Positions 8,646-20,600 of a stretch of 62,858 bases of DNA are shown in pieces (positions within the stretch are counted from its first letter, which is position 1; each line of letters begins with the position of its first letter). Origin of the DNA: Candidatus Omnitrophota bacterium (GTDB taxonomy: Bacteria; Omnitrophota; Omnitrophia; Omnitrophales; Aquincolibacteriaceae). Both the position numbers and the translations under genes were made by a program. Under the pieces are notes generated by a model. The model was not told where the DNA came from, did no database searches, and worked only from the letters and a program-made list of their open reading frames with translations. The stretch spans positions 1-62,858 of the forward strand of contig JBAYVF010000008.1 in the NCBI GenBank assembly GCA_041674705.1, given 5' to 3'.

Positions 8646-11600
8646 ATGATTAGCTGGCAAACACATAGTTTTAAGCCTTGGCTTAGGACCGTTGCGCTAT
8701 TGACGGTTTGTGTGTTTACCTTCACATCGATTGTTTGGGACGGCGGCATCAACAAAGCTTATGCAGCGGCTCCCAGTCCTTCCAGTCCCACCCCCGTAGA
8801 AACCTTCAAAGCCAATGCCATACTTTCTCTGATCGATCGTCCTGACCTTCCCGATAGTTATGGAACGATCAAGGGAACCTTCAAGGGGAATCGCGACACG
8901 ATCGTGATCGCGATCCAGGACGCGCACATCAACGAAGAAGCCCAACGCAATATCGCCAATATCATTCGTTATTTCTCGGAAAAATATCAGCTCAACCTCG
9001 TGAACCTCGAAGGCGCGAGTGGCGAACTTTACACCGAACTCTTTTCCTTTTTCCCGAATAAAGAAGCCCGCCGGAATGTCGCCGATTATTTCCTGAAAGA
9101 AGGACGCCTTACCGGCCCCGAATATCTCGCCATTGTTGACAAGCCGGCGATGACACTTTTCGGTGTGGAAGATAAAGACCTTTACGAAGAAAACCGCAAA
9201 GCCTACGTGGACGCGCTCCAGTTCAAGGATCGCGATGAAAAGATCCTCGCCGAACTCGATAAGGTCCTTCAAGGGGTAAGCCGTTTTGTGTTCCCGGAAG
9301 AAATGCGTGAGCTGACCCGCCGCCGCGCCGCGTTCCAGGAAGGCGGGCCGGAGCTCGTCGCTTATGTCCGTTATCTTGTGGAGCTGGCCCGTAAGCATAA
9401 TATCGCCTTGGATGAATATCCGGGCATGCATTCCCTGATCGAGCTCGTGGACCTTGAAAAGAAAGTCGATTTTGACAAGGCTGAAAAAGAGACCGATGAA
9501 CTCGTTAATGACATGAAGCGCGTTCTCTCGCGCGAGAAGCTCTCCCGTTTCCTCACCAACACCGTCCACTTCCGCATGAAGAAGATGAAACGCGCCGCCT
9601 ATTACGGCTATCTTCAGGATGAGATCCAGGGGATTAGCGTGGCCCAAACGGGAGGGGAAGACCTGAACACGAAATACGCTAATGTGATCGCCTATATTCA
9701 ATACATGAAACTCTATGACGCGATCGATGTTTCGATCTTTGACGAGATCGAGTTCCTTGAGAAGACCGTCAAGAACAAGCTCTTCACGTCGCCGGAACAG
9801 GTCCAGCTCGATCACATCCTCAGGATCTATGATATCTACTGTAAGATGTTCGACTTTACGCTCACCAAACAGGATGCCGAGTTCTATTACACGTATCAAG
9901 ACGAGTTCAAGTCAGAAACCTTTGTAAGTTTTCTCAACCCGCTCATGTCGAAGTACCACTTCACCTACGGATTGCCGTCCCAAGTGAAGACACTCGATCA
10001 AGATCTGCCGCGTGTGGAGCGCTTCTATAAAGCCGCTCTGGAACGTGATCAGGTGTTGGTCGAGCGAGCGGTTGAGAAAACCTTTGCCACTGGGCAGAAG
10101 ATATCCGCCATCGTCACAGGCGGTTTCCATACGCCCGGGATCGAGAAGTACCTTCGCGAGAAGGACATCTCTTATATCGTCGTCGCCCCGCGCATCACCA
10201 AGGCGATCGACAAGAAAAAGGAAAGCGCGCTCTATGACGCCGCCCTGCGCGAAACCCCGCTCCCGATCGAAAAAGTCCTGACGGAGACATTCCTCCAGCC
10301 CCGGAGCGCCGTTCTGAATGACCCGCGGTTCCAGCTGGCCGCATGGCACATGATCCTGGCGAAGGGAGATAAGCTCGATTTTTCCAGTTTTGATTCCGAT
10401 CGCGTTCTCTACTTTCCGATCGAAATGGCAGCTTCGCTTTTGCGGGCCTCGGACGTTACGACCGCTTTTAAGGAAATCACGGACTCGCTTGCGAAGCTCG
10501 AGGAGAACGCTAGCGCCAGGGACAAGCCGGCGGTGGCAGCCCTGAAAGCATTGCTTGCCAAGTTTAAGCCGGAAAATATCACTGAAGAAGCCGACGGGAA
10601 CAGGACCTTGTGGATGCCGACGGTCGGAGAAGATTTCCTTGCTTTTACATTGCATGGCGAAAAATGGAAAGTGACTGAAGTGAAGGGCGCTATTCCGGGG
10701 TCGCGTCGTTCGATCCCGTCCGGCGAAAAAACAATCTCTCTTTATCGTGTGCGTGGTTTCATGGTTCCGGAGAAGGTGAAGACGGCCCGCGCTGAACTTC
10801 GTATCGGGGATGTTCTAGTTCGGACCGGTGAGCTTCCCATGACGGATGGCTCTGCCGCACTTAAACTTGAACCGACTGCCGGACCCAATCTCAGGCTAGT
10901 CGAGGTGGCGCAGGAAGCGGCCATTAAAGCGTCTCAGACGCAGCAAGAGCTCTATGAGCGCAATCTTGATCGTTATAAAAAATCCGGATTTGAAGTCCCG
11001 ACCCAAAAAGATGCCCAGACGGCGTTCCGCGCTCTTCTTTCAAACGCAAAATCCGGGGACAAGCTCCAAGCGCTGATCGAGACAGGCGCGCCCCAAGCGT
11101 TAAAAGCCGGTCTTATGGACCGCGTTATGATCATCCGGCTTTTAGGCCCACGTTATTCGGCGGATATGATCCGTACGAGAGTTCCGCGTCTTCTTGCCTC
11201 GGATGTCCCGGTGAATACCTACACGATGACTTTCCGGACCGATGCAGACATTGATGTCTATCGCCAGCGTTTGAGTGAACGGCAAGAAGAGGTTTTTGCG
11301 AAAAGCTATGGGGAAGGTCTTGAGCCGTTGATCCGTCAGGAGTTGGAGGGACTTCGCTCCGCCGGTATTACGCCCAACTTGGATACGATGAGAGTCCAGG
11401 TGGAGGCGGGTAAAAAATTAGCGCAGGGATCCTTGTATCGTCTCCCGATGGGTTTTGGTAAGACCCTGGCCTTGCGAGTGGCGGCTCACATGCTTGCCAG
11501 CGAAAGAAATTTTAAAACGGCCGAAGGTAAAGGCGTTCTTGTTTGCACGGTGAATGATGACCTTGCTATGAGGGACGCGACGGCGGCAGGCAAAATACTT

Positions 11601-14600
11601 TCGAATTTCGGTCTTCGGGTAGGATTTGTGAAAGATAAAGAGGGCCAGAAAGTCGGCTATATTTTCAACAAAGAGACCGGTGCCCTGACGGAGACTTCAG
11701 CGGATGAGGTCTATCGAAGCGCTGATGTCATCTATGGGACGGTCGACAAGTTTGTACACAGGTACGAGGACGAGGAGCTCGCGCTCGACGTGACTGACAG
11801 GGTATTCTCGAAACGGCAGTACTTTGTTCTTTTTGACGAGGCCGACGAACCTCTGACTTATCAGCTTATGATGCCGTTTATCGTTTCGGGTGGCGAAAAA
11901 GCCGATGCCGAAAGGATAAGACAGCAGAATATTAGCGCGCGTGAACTTGCAATGGCTATTTATGGCGCCAATGGCGAAGGCGTTAGTCAAGGGATGGTTG
12001 ACATTTCCAAGGAAAAGCAAAAACGGGTTTCGCTGACCCCCAACGGAGCGAATCGCTTGGAAGTTCTTCTGAACGAAAAACAGGTGGAGCTCAAGGAAAA
12101 GTGCGGCTTGGGGGCTGACGTCGTGTTGTGGAAACGCCTGGTCGAGCAGGCTCTTGCGGTCGAGAGGAGTTATAGCCTGGGCACGGATTATCTGATCATA
12201 GGGAAAGAAATCGTCATTATTGGCGAGGATGGCAAACCCCATCCTGGCACGAGGTGGTCGATGGGGCTCCACGCTGCTGTCGAGGCCAAGCATATGAAAG
12301 ACGGAGTCGAGGTTCAGGTCGAGCAGATCACAAGAAACTCCATGATGCTTAAGACGTTCCTTGGTAATAAGAAGCTTATCGCTGATTTTGCGGGCGCCAG
12401 CGGCACCCTTGACGCAGAATTTATGAAGGAAATCCATGGAAAATCCGTTGAAGAGCCCTCCGTAGCGGCCAGTTCCCGTCTTGATACAGACATGATGTAT
12501 GCCGGTGAGGCGTCTAAATGGGAGGCTTTCTTCAAAGAAGTAATTGAGAAAGCCCGCCAAGGGATACCCTTGGTTATTAAAGTCGAGGAAGGAACGGCTT
12601 CCGAGATGGAAGCGAATCTTCGGAAAATGGGGATCCCGTCCGGGGCAGTCATTCGCATATTTGATGCGTCTTCCGAAACCGATATCGCTGAAATAGAAAA
12701 ATTTGGCGGGCAGACGGGCGCTATTACGATCGTGACGAATCGCGGGGGCCGCGGCGTTGATATCAAGCTGGCCGAAGCCTTCAAAAAAGTCAGTGAGGAG
12801 GCAGCCAAAAGCGGCAAGCTGTTCACGGTTTATTCAACCTATATCGACGAGCTGGAGGCCCATGATGTGCAGTTTAGAGGCCGGGCCGCGCGTCGAGGAG
12901 AGTCTGGCCAGTTTAAGGCTTATTGGTCGGTCGAAGACAAGATATTCAAAAAATACGAGGCTCTGCCCGCGGTTCAGGCCGCGTTGGCTGCCATTAAACG
13001 GGAATTCAAGACCGCGGGGGAACCGATCAAAGAAACACGCGAAAAAGGTTCTACGACCGTGACCGATCTTATCGCTGCTTTAAGACGTGCGATCATGAAT
13101 TCGAGAGTCCAGCAGTTCAAACAAGATCAGCCCTTCGAAAAAGAAATGGAAGATCGCAAAGCCGCGTTCCAAAAAATCCGGGAGGCGGTGTTGGCCGGCC
13201 GTTTCGATGATGTCGTTCTCAATGCAGCTATTCCCGGGATCGTCGATCTCGCCCGGCGCGTCAGCAAGGGGAGAGAAGAAGCTTTCAGGAAAGGAATCCT
13301 CGAGTTGATCGACCGGGGTTTTTCCCAATACCTTGATATCGCCGGCAAAGTGAAACATGATCTTTCCCAGGAGATGCAGGAAGATTGGAAAGGGGTCGCC
13401 GCGCAACAGGATCCGTACGTCAAGTTCAGAGATATATCGCTTGCGGCCTACAGGAACGCCCTCGAGTTCATTAATGTTTCGATCGCCCGGAATGCCCCGA
13501 AAGACTGGACGCCCACCGCCACAGCAAAAGCCTTTGGCGTGAAACTCGATACCTTAAAGAGGAAAGCATCCGGATATTTATTCGGCGGAGCTCTTCTGGC
13601 CGGTTCGGTGTGGGTGATCAGTTTTGTGATGCAAGGAGCGAGTTTTATTCAGAAATTGGCGGCAGGGGGTGCCGTCGGCGATATGACCTCAAAACTGGAA
13701 TTTTTGCAAACGCTTTCGACGAACGTGTTCCAGAGCGTCCCTGCAGCGGTTTGGGTGGTTGCCGCGATAGGACTTATAGTTCTCGGATTTACTTTAGCGC
13801 AGACCTATGTGAAGAAATTTTCTCAGAATTATAAAGGATCCAGGAATATGGCCCTGTTTTTCAGAGGGACTGCAACCTGGTCCGAGCGCCTTGGGGCGGT
13901 GGTGTCCATTCCGGTTTCTGTGCTGACCATGCTTAGTTCGATGATGCCCTTGAGTGCGCTGCTCGCTTCGATCGCCGTGCTCGCGTTTCCCGCGACGGCT
14001 TCGTTTCTGATCCCCCTGGTGGTCGCCATGGCTGCGGTAGGGGTTGTCGCAGCGGCGCTTCTTATCGCGGTGAATTACCGCAGCATCAAGGAAACGCGCC
14101 TGGATCAGCCCAGTAATTTTCAACGCGCGATGCGTTCGTTATTGTTCGGGCTTACTTACCTGACGGCGGTCGGGCTGATCGTGATGTTTGTTCCGGGCAT
14201 GCTCTCGGCGGTGTTCGCCGCTGCGGCAATAGGCGTGATCGGCATTCGTGCCCATCAACGGTTCCGGGCGGATTATGGGAAGATTCTTGAGCCATCGATG
14301 CGCGCCAAGGCGGCAGGTTTGGTCGCTGCTGCGGTAGTTTTTACCGGGATTTTCGCCCTGGCATCCTTTGTGGGTTCCGTGGCCGGATTATTTGCAGCGA
14401 TGATGACCGTAGGATCGATCATTCTCATCATTACAACCGGGCTTTATTTTTTCGCTCTTCCTTATATTGCCTCGCGTTTGGCGGCCGTTGAAGCTCAAAC
14501 GATAGGCGGCAAGCACAAAGCTCTTACTCTGAGAGAACTGCTCGAATCCGCGGCTCCGAACGCCCGCGGGATCATCATTGGTGGCAGTGCGGTAGGCGCG

Positions 14601-17600
14601 CTTAGCATGAGTGTTGTTGGATTGGCGGGCAGTTTGCCGGTTCTTACGCTGGTGGGGGTGACCCTCGCGGTGATCGGGGCCGGATTTCTATCTGTGGCGG
14701 GTTTTTTAAATTACAGGAAAAAAGTTTTGGCGTTACGGGCAAAGGGCGAAACTCCGGAGGGTGTTTTTTCGACGCTCCTGGGTACGGACAGCAGGAAGAT
14801 TGTTCAGGGGCTGATGTCCAGTGTGGCGCTTACCGCGGCCCTTCCGTCGATTGGGGCGGGAGCGATGCTTGCCCCGGTAGCCTCTGTAACGCAAAGTATC
14901 TATGCCACCCAGACGAGAGATCAGCTGGTCGAAAATCTCAGCAGTGTTTTTAACATTGCTGTTGCCCCTCAGATTGAGGCGAAAAAACCCGAGGCTGCAC
15001 CGCACACAGGGCTTGCTCCGCCCGTTGCAGACGCTCAAGTCGAAACGGTGCAAAAAGAATTATTGAAGGAGCTGGCAAAAGTGCCGCCGATGGATATGAG
15101 GCGGACACAGCTCGAGGATGCGGTCCGTCAGGCGAAGACGGCTCCGGAATTAGCGAGTCTTACCCAGAGAATCTCGATGATGGTTGCCGCGTCTGAGGCT
15201 GTTGTTACAACTCCCGTGGTGGAAAAAGCGCCGGTGGCAGTCACGGCCGATCAAGATGCAGTTCTTTTTAAAAAGGGTCCGACGGAACCTACCGGTCCTA
15301 CGGGACCCACCGGTCCCACAGGTCCCGGGGGTGGTCCGGGCGGCGGTCCTCCTCCTGGTGGTGGGGGTCCTACAGGTCCGACAGATCTGGGTGGTTTACC
15401 TCCGGGCGCGCTCCCGCCAGGCGGCATCACGGTCCCGATCGATCGCCGAAATGAAGAGAAAGTTGAATTTTCTGAAGAAGCGCTGCGGGCGACCGCAGGG
15501 ACGCTTGGGACCTATGCCGGTCCGTCAATGGTCATGAACGCCAAGGCGAAGGCCGAGCTTGAAAGGATCGACAAACTCGAGGCCCAAGAAAAATCCGCCG
15601 CGGCTCTCGATCAAGCCCGCCTCGAAACGATCAACAGCCGGATCCGTTTCCTGACGCAGGATATTCAGCAAATGAACCGGGATCTGAACGGCGCCGGAAG
15701 TGATGTGACCGAGGCTCTTTCCGCCAAGATCGCAGAGGCTAAGGGTGAGATCACGCGTCTTGAGCAGGAATCTGCGCGTCTTCGTGTGACTCCCAAAGTT
15801 GTGCCGCCTGAAGTGAAAGCTGCGGAAACGCCGAAGGCTATGGCTGTCCCTCCCGCCGCTCCCAGAGCCGAACTCATCAAAGAAGATGCTGCCAAGGCTG
15901 CCGGAGAAGGTGCGACATCCGGGCTGGTGGGTGTTGCTTCGGGGATTCTCGTAGCGTCGGTTGAAATACCCCTGGTAATGAATCAGGCTGAAAAGGATCT
16001 TGCGGACGCGGATCCTGCCCTGTGGCTCTTGAACAGAACGCTCGGAAATAATTTTGCTTTGCGCTGGCAACAGAATGCGAAGGAACAGAGAGAAATCGCG
16101 CTCAAGGCCGTACAGTGGAGGAACTCCATTTTCAAGCTGATGATGAACTTCTCGTGGAATTTTAATCCGCGGGTTTATCACATGAGCCAGAATAAAGTGG
16201 AGATGGCTGAAGGACAGAATATCGATTTTCCTTATAAGTGGGCTAGTGACTCCGAAGGCAATGTTTATCTCCGGCAGTTGGGCGTGGAAGGTCCCAAGGT
16301 GAGTCCGAGAGTGACCGTGATCCAGGACAAAGATCTTGTGTCAGACAAGATGCTGGATCTCGGGGATGTCAGTATTTCGGTAGGCCAATACCTCAATAAT
16401 TTGAATCAGATCCTGAAGTGCCCGGATTTCTGGAAGTATGTCGGCCATGCGCCCGTGGATCCTCTGGAATTTGTCAGTAATGACGCCTACGCCAAGTGGT
16501 CGGGCGTGGCGGGCTATTGGGCATCTCATTACGACACGGTCAAAGGGGAATTCAATAACGCGTCTCTTCCCGAGATCATGAAGGCCTTGGCGGAAACCAA
16601 GGTCAATCTCGAACAGTCTTTGGGCAGGGAACTCGATTTGCAAAATATCAAGGATGCGAGTCTTCTCTCCTGTCTGGCGAAATACAAGATTGAGGGGATC
16701 AATACCGATGAGCTTTTTGGGGAACGTGATAAAGGAAACGTTTTTCTTCTGGCCCAGGCGGAACTAGTCAGCACGCTGACGACTCATTACCGGGGAATCC
16801 TCGAAAAAGAGTTCGAGCGCGAAGATCTGACCCTCCAGTCGATGAAACTGGAAAAGATCGAACAACAGGGCCGGTTCACTACGGAATATCGCGCAATTCA
16901 GGGAGAGATTGTTCAGATAGGCGGCCAGATCACTGATCTGGAGACAATCAGGACTGCCGCAGAAAAGGCGAAGCCGGAGAATATGCTTTTGGAGATCGCC
17001 CGGGCCAAGAGAAATAATGAGCCCATTCCGAGCATTGGATTCGTTCCTTCCGAACAAAATATCAAAGATCTGGACATCGCCATCTCCGACAGAAAAGCGA
17101 AGCTCATTGAGTTGAAGCGCGATCTCTGGAGAAAGGAAAAGGAAATCCGGGATGCGGCCAGTCTTGATATCCACGCAAAGCTTCCCATCGATCTTTCGAA
17201 GATCACGGAGGATCAGATGATGAAGGCCGTCAAGAGTTTGGGGATCGCCGACTATTCTTCGCTTCAGATCCGTCTTTCACAGAATTCCATGGAGATTTTG
17301 CAGAGGAGGATCTCGAATGTCGCGGAGGTCAGCGGCGGCCTTGAATCGATCATTGATGCTTTCAAGATCGGGAATGTCTACAACATCGGGACCGAGGCGG
17401 ATCTCGGCATTTATTTGAAGCTCACGTGGGGCTGGAAAAATCTCCATCAGCGAGGTGTTGAAAAGCAGAAATATGAGAAGTCGGTCTATGAATTTATTGA
17501 TAACGTCCGTTCCGTGCGGCTCAAGCACAACGAAATAAACGCTAAGGTGGAAAGACTCGAGAGGGTTTTGGAGGCCACCCGGCAGTATCTTGATGCCCGC

Positions 17601-20600
17601 AAAAAAGCGACGGCTGAAATGGAGAGGCAGTTTTTGAGCCCTGACGGTAACGCTTCGTTAAAAGCGTTGATCTCCGCCCAAGATTCCGTTCGCCAGGCGG
17701 AGATCCTGGTGCAGGGACTCGAGCAGCTTCTTGCGAATGCAAAGCTCCGTGTCGCCATGTATGAGAATGCTTATGCGGATCTGAAGAAAGCCTTCCAGGC
17801 TGAGGAGAAGACGTTTGCGAAGATGGAAATTCCGGTCCGGGAACTGGACGAGTGGGTGGGCGAGAAGGGCGGCGTTGAGGTGCCGGTCGCAAAACCCGTT
17901 ACGCTTACGAATCCATCCATTCAGGAGCTGGTAGGGCTTTCGCAAAGTAAGATTGATTTGTTCAAAAGAACGGGAACCACCATGAGCGCGGACCACGAGA
18001 CGGTCCAGTGGATTGCGTTCGAAGTTTTGGGGGGGCTGAAGCTTTGGCAGTATGGAAATGCTCAGGATTATATCCAGGGAGATCAAAGCACCTGGATCGG
18101 GCAAGGAAACTTTGGATTCTGGAAGGATCTTATGTTTGGTTCTATGGCGCCGAGGATCCAGGTGGTGGATGCTCCAACGGTCATGCGTCACCTGACAGGA
18201 CAGGTTTCCGATGAAACCCTGGCAGGCCAGGTTGGTCGTGATACGGTCGAGATAGAGTTGATCCATCACAATCAGCGCATTGCCGACCAGGTACGTGAAG
18301 CGGTGCGGCTCCGGACGTCCCTGCAGGATAAGGAGAATCGTCTCCGTAACGAGATCAGTGCCCTGAAAGGGCGCATGAGCGAAGGGGTTAAGGAAATCCG
18401 GGACGCGGGCCTTTTGAGTTCCTCGGAAAATTCGGGACCCCCCCAGAGAATGCAGATTCTTGAAAAAGCAGTGAAGGATTTTTCCGAAAATGAGGCGGAG
18501 ACTGTTAAAAAGCTTTTGCGAGAAACAGGTCTTTCAGAAGAAACGCGAACGAAGTTAACGAAGTTGATGGAAGAGATAGTGAATCTCCGCAAAAAGGGCC
18601 GGACGGTAAGTAGCCTTGAGAATGAGATTGCGAACCTGAAGACGGAGATGAATAAAGGACTTGAGGAGATCCGTGCTGCAGGCTTTTTGAGCCCGAAAGG
18701 AATGAGGGTTTTTGACGAAGCGGTAAAGGATTTTTCCAAAAAGGGGTTTATCGTGGAAGAGGCGGAGAATGTTATAAATCTTTTGGGAGGAGGAACAGGC
18801 CTTTCGAGTAAGAAAGATCAGGAATTGATGTCGGAAATGGCGAATTTCTTCCAGCGGGTGGCGGATGTGGAGACAGCGCGGATGAAATATGACGTCTGCG
18901 TTTTTGAGCTCAAGTCGACGATCGGACTCAGTAACGGAGAAACCCTTATTTTTTCTCCGGATTACAATTTGAACGCACTGGAAGAAGGCTCGGAATTCCT
19001 GAAACCTTATCCCCGGATCCTGGATGCTCAGCTGACGCTCACGAAAGAGGGCCGGGAAAAGATAAATAAATTTTTGGATGAGATCAAACGGGCGATCAAA
19101 AAAGTCAACAAAGTTTCGACCCCCGAAAAACTTAAGGCACAAAAAGAGGGGGTCGTGAGCGCGTTGACGGCGGTCAAGGCGAATCTCGAGGCCGTCCTTT
19201 CCGGGACACGGTCGGCGGAGTCTTCGACGCCGGATCTGCTGACCCAGGCAAGTGTCATGTATCTGGAGGCGGAGCGTCTTTTCGCACAGACCTTCCCCAA
19301 ACGGGGCAACGCCCTTTTCAACAATGCACGGTTGCTGCTTGTGGATATTTCCGGTATCCCGCAGGTGCTTATGGCGGCCCGCCATCTGGGATGGGCAGAT
19401 CGTAATATCGGGATGCGGGATACGTTAAAGTGGGAGCCATTCAGTTTGGGAGCTTTTTTTGGAGTCGGTATAAAAGGAGCAAAAGTGGTTGCGGGTGTGG
19501 CGCCGGATAGCGAATTGCCGGAATATCTTATCGGGAGCACGCTGATCGGTATTCAGAAGGGTTGGCAAAAACTGCTTCCGGAGAAGAAGATTCCGATCGT
19601 GAGTAATTTTTTCCGTAACCTGGCGAACCTCTCCGGAACGAATCCCGAGGGACGTTGGCAGAAGATGCTGGAGTTTCAGACGCGTGCTATGCAGGAGATC
19701 CTTCTCGCCGAAGAACCCACGAATGAACCCCTGAGCCTTAAACAGAAATATAAAGCGGATTATATGGTTTTGGCGGAGTTGGAAGCGCTTTACAGCGCGC
19801 GGATCGATGAGGTCAATGCCCGGGAAGAGAAGGAAGCTCCCTTAAAAAGATTTCAGCAGGCGATGGACAATAACCAGACGATCGCACAGGGCTTTGAAGA
19901 GGACCGGCAAATTCTGACAGAACGTATGAATTACACGAAGAACGTAAAAGACGCGATCGCGTTCCGCATTCGCCTGCTCGGGGGCCCGGATCAGAAGACG
20001 TTGGATCAGGAACTTAATCCGCGTCCCATAATCGAAGGGGAAGTTCGGCAAGGCTCGGTTAAATTTCTCGCGGGTGATTTGAAGGGAGATTTTGACGCCA
20101 ATGCCTTGAAGGGGAACGGGTTAGCGGATGGATGGGACCAAGGGAAGCTTGACGCGATAAGGACGAGGCTTGGGATCGGAGTTGCTGTCACTAAAGAAGA
20201 GTGGGTGGGGGAACTCAACCAGATCCTAAAAGCCAAGATGCGTGTTGCGGATTATCAGGGCCTTCAGCAAAATCCCTTGATCCTGAAAAATCTCGACAGC
20301 GAGATCCAGGGATTACTAGCGAAGGTGCTGGACCCCAAAACGGTCGTGACGACAGAAGCAGAAGCGGAATTAATAAAACAAAAGCTGGATCCAAAACCTC
20401 ACATAACTGAAACAGAATTGGAGCGTCTGAACAGAAAATTATTAGAGGCCGTTTACCCGCAACAAATCGAGAAGACTATTTTTGATAAAGTTCGTTCTGT
20501 GGAAGGCGCCACGGCAGGGAAAGGAATTGGACAGTCTCCCGTACGGGAGGTTAGTTCTCTGGAAGGCGCTAAGGCGCTGAAGTCGGAAACCCTCGAAAGC

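Noticed and set aside
8697-9899. 400-aa antisense ORF, and the many other 60-290-aa ORFs overlapping the giant genes and housekeeping genes
   Set aside because: They lie opposite or out of frame to well-supported CDSs, show no recognisable motifs, and are expected shadows of biased codon usage.
11330-13200. Housekeeping secA gene
   Set aside because: It is an internal, divergent domain of a 9,316-aa ORF, without SecA's own start or recognisable C-terminal wing/scaffold region.
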